From Histomonas meleagridis 2922-C6/04-290x (Eukaryota; Protista; Parabasalia): DNA of 64,000 bases. A model generated the notes under the pieces. It did no database searches. It had not been told where the DNA came from and saw nothing but the letters and a program-made list of their open reading frames with translations. The translations under genes and the position numbers were made by a program. Numbering within the stretch: position 1 is the stretch's first letter; the number at the start of each line of letters is the position of its first letter. Of the stretch, positions 53,602 to 62,672 are shown one piece after another. The stretch covers positions 124,001 to 188,000 of the forward strand of contig JAANOX010000029.1 in assembly GCA_020184695.1 (NCBI GenBank), read 5' to 3'.

Positions 53602-54969
53602 GTTGATATTTGCTGCATTTTTTATAATGTAAAATTGTTTTTTAATAAATTTTGTTCTAATTTTTATTGTATATTTAGATCTGAATATGAATTTCATATG
53701 TTCAATTATTAAATCCGCAAAGAATAAAAATCGAATTGGATATGAAATATGTGATACACAACTTGCACAGGTAGAAATTCTATTCCTAGAGGAACAAAAA
53801 ATGGCTATAAAATGATACAGATGTGTATAAAATAACCTTCTCATGTCAAATATGGTTCGAATTAATTTTTATTAAAATCGATTTTTATTGAATATTAAAA
53901 AGAAATCTTAATATCTAAACATGTAAAAATATAAACTACAAATTCATGATAATCATATATATAAATTATAATAAAAAATTCAAAGTATATAACAAGTTAT
54001 AGAATAAAATATTTAAAATTTAACTCTTTTTTATTTCGTTGAATAATTAATATTTGAATTTTTTTCCAAGTTTATTAAATTGCTAGTTAATAATATAATT
54101 TATATTATTTTCGTTAAGCTTTTGATTAAATTTTCAAATGACATTTTTTTTAGTCAGTTTTTATAAAAACATTTTCATTTTTTTTCAAGTATCACAGAAT
54201 ATCGAAACTAAAGTTTTTTTCTCAGTAAGAAACTTATTTTTATCTTCTTTGTTTTGTTTTAAAATCCAAAAAATGGATTATAAATACCAAAAAGGTAAAT
54301 TCATTTATATATAATATAAAATCTTATATACACCTCCAATAATGATTTAGGAAATGGATATATATGATATGGGTATATTCAAATGGAATACTTAATAGTA
54401 AGCTCTTTCAATGCCAAACACTAAAGAGTACCCTAAACAAACCAGGAACATTTCCATGGAAACCCTGAAATTCTAAAAATATGGCAAGCATGCTTTTTTT
54501 GCAAATGGCAGCACATTTTTTAAAAAAGTAACACTCTATCGGAGCGGTTATTATCGTAATCACAAAAAGTTGTTTTCATATAAAAGTGACTTTTTTGCAT
54601 TCTTCTCTTAAAACATAATAAAGTTAATGTTTCATTTGATTTTTGAAATTCCTTTATGCCACATTTTGATCATTTTTCATTTAAAAATCTGTTAAGATAT
54701 CATCTTCTTTCTTTCAGTTTTTTGTCTGCTTCGACAATTTAAATGAGGGAACTATCTGTCACTTTTCATTAAAACATTGCGTTTCGAATTTGTAAGCTTA
54801 TTTACCATTTTAACTGAATATTAACTTCATGAAGAAAATGTTCGAATTCAATGAAACTGTTCAAATTCTAATGCGTTACTTTTTTATTTTGGGATTTTTT
54901 ATATTTTATGAAATCAAATTAAATATTTAATTAATAAATTGAAAACAAACGAAAAGAAAAAACAGAAAA

Positions 54970-55194
54970 ATGTTTTAATTTTTCATAAATTCTTTTCAAA
55001 TATTTTATAATGATAATTTTACATTAATAATAACAAATAAAAATGATTTTGATGATATTGAACAATATCAAAATAAAACGAAATTTATAAATATTTGTGA
55101 AGGAATTTAATTAATTCCAAATAATGCATTTTCATCATGGTCAACAGTTATTTCCGTGAATTTTGGTGATTCTATATCATCTATTGGAAGTTAT
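54970..55194 (+). pseudogene. BspA-like pseudogene (5' fragment)
   Basis: MF*FFINSFQIFYNDNFTLIITNKNDF...KFINICEGI*LIPNNAFSSWSTVISVNFGDSISSIGSY, with TAA at 54976 and 55108. It aligns by eye to the first LRR of the three intact BspA genes. Confidence 0.75.
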
Positions 55195-55356
55195 GTCCCT
55201 CTAATAATGATTTCATTTCATCCCTATGATTTTATAATTCAAGTAAATCATAGCTACTATTGGTTGTGATCACTTTGAAAACAATGAATAAAAAAGACTC
55301 ACAACAAACTTCTTTTGTCGAAACTATATATTTTATTTAATATCGCCCAAAATTGA

Positions 55357-56409
55357 TCAATTGAAAACAACAAATTTTTTGTTTTCCCAAGCGTTAGGTT
55401 TCCCGTTCTTATTTACAACAACATCTAGTGATGCAGGAAAAGAAGCATTCTCAGGGAAATTTACATCTGTCAAATCAATTATGTTGAGCTCAGGCAATTG
55501 ATCCAATTTAGCTTGCCATGTTGACTCCATCTTTGAGTTCCCTCGAAGATATATACAATTAAGTGACTTACAACTCGAAATCCAAGTTGGAAACATCTTC
55601 AAATTTGTGAATGAAAGATCCAAAAATTTAAGATTCTTAAACGCTGACTGACAAGGGTTGCATCTACCTAAGTCATTGAATGCTAAAGATAGGAAAACAA
55701 GCCCAGGAAAAGCATTGGAATTTAATGAATTGGGCCATTCACAAAAAGCATTAAAACTGAGATTGATACCATGAAGGTTCTTCCAGTGAAGTTCATTTGG
55801 AAGAGATGTAATATAATTATGTGATAAATCTAGTGAGATAACATGTTTGGGAAGTGTGGTTAATCCAGATGGAACTTCAGCAAGATTGCAATTCTTAAGG
55901 CAAAGGATTCTAACTTTGGAATATTTAGGTGAGTACTTAAACCCAAAAAACGGAATATAATTTCCGTTAAAATTAATAAAGGTTTTTTCCTTCTTATTAC
56001 CTTTGTGCTTGAATGGACTTGGATTTGAGCTTTCCTTGGTATCATTTTTGGAGTCAGTTGGAGTCATTTTTGAATTATCTGAGGATTTTGATTTTTCTTT
56101 ATCTTTGGAACCTTTAGGACTTTGAGACCCAATTTTCATCATTTCCTTACGAACACCTTGAGCCATATCAATTGAGTAAAAGTAATTCCATAGAGAAGGA
56201 AAAATTTGATAATCTGTTGATTTTTCCTTTTTGCTTTTCCTTATAGCTGCAAAATATTGTAGGTTTTCTTCGAAGATTTTTGCAGCAGTTTCGTTATTTT
56301 GATTTGGCTCATCTTTTGTTTGTTTTTTCATTTCTTCAATTCTTAAGTCTGATTTTACGCACTTTTTGTATGAATTTAACGGCCTACAATTGAAAACACT
56401 TTTTTTCAT
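55357..56409 (-). CDS. Leucine-rich repeat protein
   Basis: LDLSHNYITSLP, INLSFNAF, LSLAFNDL, LDLSFTNL, IYLRGN after a basic low-complexity N-terminus. Confidence 0.8.
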   Translation of the reverse strand: MKKSVFNCRPLNSYKKCVKSDLRIEEMKKQTKDEPNQNNETAAKIFEENLQYFAAIRKSKKEKSTDYQIFPSLWNYFYSIDMAQGVRKEMMKIGSQSPKGSKDKEKSKSSDNSKMTPTDSKNDTKESSNPSPFKHKGNKKEKTFINFNGNYIPFFGFKYSPKYSKVRILCLKNCNLAEVPSGLTTLPKHVISLDLSHNYITSLPNELHWKNLHGINLSFNAFCEWPNSLNSNAFPGLVFLSLAFNDLGRCNPCQSAFKNLKFLDLSFTNLKMFPTWISSCKSLNCIYLRGNSKMESTWQAKLDQLPELNIIDLTDVNFPENASFPASLDVVVNKNGKPNAWENKKFVVFN

Positions 56410-57016
56410 AAAGAATAAAGCAGACTGTAAACTGTCAAAAAAGATATCTTCGTAATGAGCAAAACAACATTAATTCCCGCTAATTTTATGTCGCTATTAC
56501 TTATGTCGCTTACACTATGCTATTACATATGAATCTATTTATAAATTTGTTTTATCTTAATATTTAAATCAAATAAATCCCTTTTCATTTGGCAAAGCAT
56601 TCTCAGGGCTAGATATCAATGTTGGTTATTATTTTTTAGTTGGGAACATTAAAATATTAAAAATAAGTACTATTCATGAAAACGAAATTTAAGCAAATTG
56701 TCTAACCAAATTTAATTTCATAAAAATAGTCAAGGTGTTTTATACATTATGGAGAAAATATGTCTTTGCGATCACATGACGATGATCATTTTAATATAAT
56801 TTCTCTGGGTTAGTTGTTGTTTAAAAATAATCAAGCAGTACTATTTTTGACTCAAACACACATAGCCTAAATTCAGATCTGAATCAGGACAAAGATGAGC
56901 AAAAATATTGGATGATTTTTCTGAAGTTTATGACTTCCCACACTCATTGAAAACTTATCGTACGTTCACAATTAGTGCATTCAAAACTTATCGAAATTAG
57001 CAAAACATTTTTAGAA

Positions 57017-57736
57017 ATGGAAAGACCCTACATTATCTGCCACATGTTAACCGCATTAGACGGTAAGATTACAGGACCTTATATGGATCATCCATATGCA
57101 GCACCTGTTTTGAATGCATATGATACAATTCAAAAAACTTTCAATTTCAATGCATTCCTTTGTGGTCGTGTCACTATTGACGAAGGTTTCACAAAATTTG
57201 AAAAACCTGATCTTGATGAAAATGCACCAAAAGTTGAAGAAGGTGATTATGTTGCAGGAGAAAAAACCGAAATTTACTTCTGTGCTGTTGATCCATCAGG
57301 GAAGTTAGGTTGGAAATCTAATAATTTAAAGTATGAGGATTATCCTGAAGCACATATCATTGAAATTTTAACAGAAAAAGTTACTAATCAATATCTTGCA
57401 TTCCTCCGTAAGATGAAAATATCATATATCATTGCTGGAAAAGAGCATATTGATTGTGAGCTTGCTGCCAAAAAGCTTCTCAAGTTATTTGACATCAAGA
57501 TTTTGATGGTTGATGGAGGAGGTATCATTAATTATTCATTTTTACAAGAAGGAATGCTTGATGAACTTAGTATTTTAATGGCACCAATAGCTGATGGTGA
57601 AAATAATACACCAACGCTTTTCGAAAAACCTGATTTTGTAACAAAATCTCAAACTTTCCTCTTCAAGTTAAAGGATGTACAAAAGATTGATGGTGATGGT
57701 GTTTGGCTCAGATACCTCGTTAATAATAAAAAATAA
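57017..57736 (+). CDS. RibD C-terminal (DHFR-like reductase) domain protein, bacterial type
   Basis: MERPYIICHMLTALDGKITG, LCGRVT, VDPSGKLGW, YLAFLRKMKISYIIAG, LMVDGGGIINYSFLQEGMLDELSILMAPIADG. Confidence 0.9.
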   Translation: MERPYIICHMLTALDGKITGPYMDHPYAAPVLNAYDTIQKTFNFNAFLCGRVTIDEGFTKFEKPDLDENAPKVEEGDYVAGEKTEIYFCAVDPSGKLGWKSNNLKYEDYPEAHIIEILTEKVTNQYLAFLRKMKISYIIAGKEHIDCELAAKKLLKLFDIKILMVDGGGIINYSFLQEGMLDELSILMAPIADGENNTPTLFEKPDFVTKSQTFLFKLKDVQKIDGDGVWLRYLVNNKK

Positions 57737-57788
57737 TTTTACCAATTTTTGTTCCTTATTATTGTTAACGTTCTTCTTATTTTAATGA

Positions 57789-57810
57789 AAACGGTTTTGG
57801 TCGTCCTTTT
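57789..57810 (+). promoter_or_regulatory. M3 plus M5 ribosomal-protein-type core promoter
   Basis: AAACGGTTTT followed by CCTTTT ending 5 nt before the ATG. M3/M5 pairing is described for Trichomonas ribosomal protein genes. Confidence 0.65.
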
Positions 57811-57815
57811 TACGA

Positions 57816-57971
57816 ATGACTGCTCATAAGACCCTTAGAATGAAGCGCATTCTCGCTAAGAAAATCAAGCAAAATCGCCCAATGCCACAATTTATCCGTG
57901 CAATGACAGGCGTTCGCCATGTTCAAAACCCAATGCGCCGCCATTGGAGGAGAAGGAAGCTTAACATCTAA
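57816..57971 (+). CDS. RPL39: 60S ribosomal protein L39 (eL39), missed by the ORF track
   Basis: [51 protein letters not shown] (51 aa). Confidence 0.95.
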   Translation: MTAHKTLRMKRILAKKIKQNRPMPQFIRAMTGVRHVQNPMRRHWRRRKLNI

Positions 57972-58064
57972 AATGAATCAATAAAAACGGAAATGTTTTT
58001 CATATTTTCTTTCTTTTTAAATTCACAAAAAAAAAGGTAAGATATATCTTCAGCTGAAAATTTT

Positions 58065-58367
58065 TTAATCAAAAAAAGGGATCATGCCCCAATCATAACC
58101 TTTAACGCCCCTCCAGCAACAAATTGTTATCCACAAAGCATAAAGACCAGGACAAAGAGTTATAAATGAACAGAATGCCAGAGATGATGGTGAATTAACT
58201 GTTGAAAATGGACCTATGTCAAGCACTGATGAAGCCCAGATGGTTACAAATGCAAAACCAAATACGAGAAGACCTATCATAATTGCCATTGATTTTTTGT
58301 GTGTTGGTGGAGGAGGATTACCTTTCTTGAACCAGTCGATTACTGTTCGAAATAAGGTTGATACCAT
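58065..58367 (-). CDS. TMEM230 (DUF872)-like two-TM protein
   Basis: LCPGLYALWITICCWRGVKGYDWGMIPFFD matches the recalled TMEM230 [29 protein letters not shown]. The start is uncertain (58367 or 58418). Confidence 0.75.
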   Translation of the reverse strand: MVSTLFRTVIDWFKKGNPPPPTHKKSMAIMIGLLVFGFAFVTIWASSVLDIGPFSTVNSPSSLAFCSFITLCPGLYALWITICCWRGVKGYDWGMIPFFD

Positions 58368-58677
58368 ATCATAAAATATGAATTTCCGTGTTTGTTTGGG
58401 GTTTCTTCCTTCTTTCATGTCTGCTTTTATAACCATTGCAACCGTAAAACAAAAAGTGCACAAAATTACCTTTTTTGACTTTGGAAAATTCTTTAAAATC
58501 TCCATAATTTTTAATATAAAGAACGACCAATTATTCATTTCTGTTCTCTCTATGATCACCTAACTGTAATATTCATTGATTTTTAATTTTTTTTTTTCGA
58601 TCCAATTTGATGATACTCAAAAATATATTAAACGTGTTTATATATATTAAACTCAAAAAAGAAAGATTCAACACTTT

Positions 58678-59856
58678 TTACTTAAGAAATAGCGTTGATG
58701 ATCGCAAATGTTCGATAAATGATTGTTTGTTTTTCATTCGTTCAATACTTTCAACACGTGCGAGCATTCCGATTGTTTCACTATTCATTCTGTTATTCTC
58801 CATGATAAGGTCCTCTATTTCTTTGGACAACTTAGCTGCAGCATCATCGCTATCATCTGCATTTGCTTTTGGTTCAACCGATTTTATAAATGCCGTAAGT
58901 TTTGCGTGCTCCTTTTTGAGCTTTGCTTCTGTCTTTTTTAAGCTTTCATAATATTCCGGCTTAATTAATTCTTCTGCTTCTTTTATTTCAGCAAGAAGTT
59001 TGATGACGGTTGGATCGGTGGAGCCGTTAAAGCTGTCGACCGTTAGTGTATCGGCTTTGGACTTTTTCTCTAAATCTTTGATTTTGGCGTTGATTGCTTC
59101 CAACTCAAGCTGCATCTTCTTCTTGCGATCAGCAACTTCTTGTAGCGACTGAAGTTCTTTGTCGAGTTCGGCACCTGCTGCAATTGCATCATCTCGTTTC
59201 TTTTTTGCTTCGTTAAATTCAATTTGTTCTTTTGTTTGTGCTGACGCTTTAGGTTGTTGGGATTTCAGCTCAGCATTCTCTTTAAGAAGTTTTTCGTTTT
59301 CGCTTTTAAGAGTTTGAAGCATTTTTTCGTATTTGGATTTTAATAATGCTTTGGCATTTGATCGGGTTGGTGTTGTTGTTTGACTTGATTCAGGACTTCC
59401 TGGTGATGATGGCTTCTTGGACTTTGATTGGATAATGGATTTGATTGCTTTTTGCGTTTCAGATGGTAATGTTTTAATTCGTTCGAGGCCTTTAGCTTTT
59501 TCAGGGCCTTTTAATGAATATAAAATTAATGTATGTATAAGATCAGGAAGTGCTGTTGGAGAAGAAAGTCGTGCAATTCCTGTGCAATCAAATGTGCTTT
59601 TAAGTTTAGCAGCAGCAAATGGTTCTTTAATTTTCTCTTGGATAGATTTGATATTCTTGAGGCATGTGTACCAATCATCCTTTGAATGATCAACAGTTAG
59701 TAATTTTGATGTATCAATTTGACATGTATTTTGAAGTTGATTAAAAATAGTGGCAACAGCAAAACCTTCACGAAGGTTGTTGAACGAAGGACAGTTCTCC
59801 GGGGTTACTCCTTCAAAACTATAAATCCAAGGAAGAAGAGAATCATTGCTGGACAT
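58678..59856 (-). CDS. Hook-family-like protein (N-terminal Hook domain plus coiled coil)
   Basis: SLLPWIYSF, LREGFAVATIFNQL, DDWYTCLKNIKSI, LPDLIHTLILYSL, ERIKTLPSETQKAIKSIIQ parallel the Hook domain. Confidence 0.7.
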   Translation of the reverse strand: MSSNDSLLPWIYSFEGVTPENCPSFNNLREGFAVATIFNQLQNTCQIDTSKLLTVDHSKDDWYTCLKNIKSIQEKIKEPFAAAKLKSTFDCTGIARLSSPTALPDLIHTLILYSLKGPEKAKGLERIKTLPSETQKAIKSIIQSKSKKPSSPGSPESSQTTTPTRSNAKALLKSKYEKMLQTLKSENEKLLKENAELKSQQPKASAQTKEQIEFNEAKKKRDDAIAAGAELDKELQSLQEVADRKKKMQLELEAINAKIKDLEKKSKADTLTVDSFNGSTDPTVIKLLAEIKEAEELIKPEYYESLKKTEAKLKKEHAKLTAFIKSVEPKANADDSDDAAAKLSKEIEDLIMENNRMNSETIGMLARVESIERMKNKQSFIEHLRSSTLFLK

Positions 59857-61004
59857 CCAATAAATGACGATCAAAACCGCTGCATACATTCTTTAAACGG
59901 CTTCTTCTCATTGGAAGGTATATTGTTACATAACAAATAAATATTTTTTCAAGAAATAATATATCATTCTTATGTCATGTTTAAAAACCACATGCTACAA
60001 AAAATAAACAGCTTGATAATTATAATTTTGATAATAAAATTTTACGATTATATATTAAGGACTCTTTAGTTTCAAATACTATTGAAGAGCCTGTAAATAT
60101 ATGTATATAAAAATTATTTCAAAGTATTCATTTGCATTAACACTTTTTATGTAGCTTAATATTTTTTCTATCCATACGAATGAAATATACAACAAATATT
60201 AAAAGAATTATTGTTATTACTACAGCATAAACAAAAACAATAAAATGATTTGATTGATTATATTTTTATTTGCTTTGTTTTCATTCTGATTAATATTTGT
60301 ATAAAATCCAGTGAAATATTCAATTTATGCTGAGTATTCAACTACTCTATATTAGTATATGTTGAGCAAAATGCAGAAAGAGAAATAGGCTTCGTAAAAA
60401 TAATATCGAGAGTAATTGTTTGTGTTATTACATATGTAAAAGTACTATTGTATGAAAGGTGTAAAATCGTATGAATATGAGAATGTGTGAGTTTGTAATG
60501 GATATTGATTGAGTTCATTTAACAGAGGTACCTAATACTAAAGGAATTGTAGTCTCCTTTAATAAAAGAATTTGTAGAAATGAATCCTCCCGTATTGCTT
60601 GTGCATTTTCTCCCATTGTTATTTTTTCCAACTGAAGACAAGCATAAAATGCACTACACTAAAATATTATAGCAGATGATGGAATTGTAGAATTTGATAA
60701 TGAGGCACATCAAAAAGTGCATATACAAGATATTGCTCCAGATTAATCGAATGTAAGAATGTTTATATGCGCAAAATATAAAATATATATCAATGAAAGA
60801 AAAGTATCGATGAAAATTTGATAATACGGGAAATACGTATGTTAAACCACTTCGTTTCTAAACGAGTTTACTTGAGTACTGAAGAATTTATAAAATCAAA
60901 AATAATTATAATTTTAAGCCCAATTTTTATATTCATAAGCAATATACACCTTACTAAAAAGTTAAACATAAATTTTACTTTATTTTTTATAAATATAAAT
61001 TTAT

Positions 61005-62291
61005 TTATTTGAAGAAAGGATTTTGTTCAGCCCATTTTTGGAATGCCACTTTTGCAATTGGTACTTCATCTTTATCTGTAACGAAGACTCTCATTGCGTT
61101 TTCAGTGAAATGCGCTGGGACAATACACGAAATCTCCTCATCTTTTAAGTAAATAATTTTCTCATTATCCTTTTTCCAAAACAGAATCGACAACAAAGGA
61201 TGCTTTGTCTTGGACAAACCATACTTAAATCTCATTGACACAACTCTATACTTATCTCTATCACACTCATTCGAACATCTTAAGATATCATCCACAATCG
61301 ATTCGCGGGACTTCTGAGAATAACGAAAACCATTTTCATCATCCGGTTTTATGCGAATTTCATCAACACAACTATATAGTTTTCGACATAAAATTCGTTC
61401 AACAAGTTCTTTCGCTTCTTGGCCAAACATGCCAAGTTCGCATTGATATAATATATCATCATTTAATGATGAAAATAGCTTCGGATCGTTTAAGGATTCC
61501 GAAATTTTCGCTTTGTCGCAGATTATTGAGAAGATATCTTGAATCATGCACGAAATCGATTGAACGACTCGATGCTTATAAACACGCAAATGCATGTCAT
61601 TCATGGTATAAAATAAGGACTCAATGGTTGGGACCTCTGAAATCTTCCATGTCAATTGATCATCGATGACTCGACAATTGAATATAAGTCGTTCATACTC
61701 AAACATATGGGAGTTAAGAGATCGACTACTATCACGTGAAAGACGATCGAATTTAACGATATCAATGGCTGTTTTATGATTGACTACAACTTGAGATAAC
61801 CAATGTGGATATTTTTCATAGATATTGCCATAAATATATTCACAAGCAGCATCAATGACTTCTTTGGAAAAGTTAAGTTGGTATTTGTCAATAATATATC
61901 GTAACATTTTGGTTGACATTTCTTTTTGTGACCATGTAGTATCAATTTCTCGGGCAAATGCACGAAAGGCACTCGAAAATGGGCCACATCCGAGACAATG
62001 GCAAAGTGCTGCAATGACAACAGCTTGTATATGATTTGGTTCAATTTCTAATTTTGGTTGTACTTCAGAAATATGATTCATAAATTTACAAGCTAAATGA
62101 CAACAACCTAATGAATGTTCAAAACGTGTATGATTTGCACTTGGATAAACATAAGAAACTGATCCAAGTTGTGTAATCTGTCTAAGTCGTTGAAATTCGC
62201 AAGTATCAATAATTTTCCAACAGTAAGATGGGATTGTTAATGGACCATAAATGCAATCTTGTGGAGAATGTGTTATCTTTGACTCGCCCAT
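61005..62291 (-). CDS. SAMHD1-like HD-domain protein with a degenerate active site
   Basis: IIDTCEFQRLRQITQLG..VYPSANHTRFEHSLG is present. HDLGHGPFSH has become HCLGCGPFSS and IDVDKWD has become IDIVKFD. Confidence 0.85.
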   Translation of the reverse strand: MGESKITHSPQDCIYGPLTIPSYCWKIIDTCEFQRLRQITQLGSVSYVYPSANHTRFEHSLGCCHLACKFMNHISEVQPKLEIEPNHIQAVVIAALCHCLGCGPFSSAFRAFAREIDTTWSQKEMSTKMLRYIIDKYQLNFSKEVIDAACEYIYGNIYEKYPHWLSQVVVNHKTAIDIVKFDRLSRDSSRSLNSHMFEYERLIFNCRVIDDQLTWKISEVPTIESLFYTMNDMHLRVYKHRVVQSISCMIQDIFSIICDKAKISESLNDPKLFSSLNDDILYQCELGMFGQEAKELVERILCRKLYSCVDEIRIKPDDENGFRYSQKSRESIVDDILRCSNECDRDKYRVVSMRFKYGLSKTKHPLLSILFWKKDNEKIIYLKDEEISCIVPAHFTENAMRVFVTDKDEVPIAKVAFQKWAEQNPFFK

Positions 62292-62672
62292 TCCTTGGAG
62301 TACCCCTCTCCGAAACTCAAACCTACAAAACCGAAAAAAACCCATCAAAAATTTTCAATAAGCAAAAAAACGATCAACTTTTACTTTTTGAATTTCATAA
62401 AAATTGATAGACCGATCATTTTTATCTTAAAATCTGACCATACAAAATTGAGGGGACCGATGTTTTGGTCCAATTTTCTTGAGTTAAACATACAAATACG
62501 ATTAATATTTTGTATATTTATATAAAAACAATTAATGTATGTCTAGTTATGCATTGGAGCTATTAATAAAACATAAAGAAATAAAGATATTTCTGTTTTG
62601 CATTAAACCTATGTATATCGTTCTATAAACAACACAAAACATTCAATTTAAAAATGAACATTTCACTTTTCT

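Noticed and set aside
53422-53844. 140-aa minus-strand ORF
   Set aside because: Partly antisense to 51958-53601, with no motif; treated as spurious.
56580-56645. GCATTCTCAGGG shared with the 3' end of the LRR gene (55445)
   Set aside because: Only a 12-bp match with weak flanking similarity; it could be chance.
60360-60760. Broken coding-like stretches (e.g. ADDGIVEFDNEAHQKVHIQDIAPD*)
   Set aside because: Possibly a decayed gene, but I recognise no family motif.
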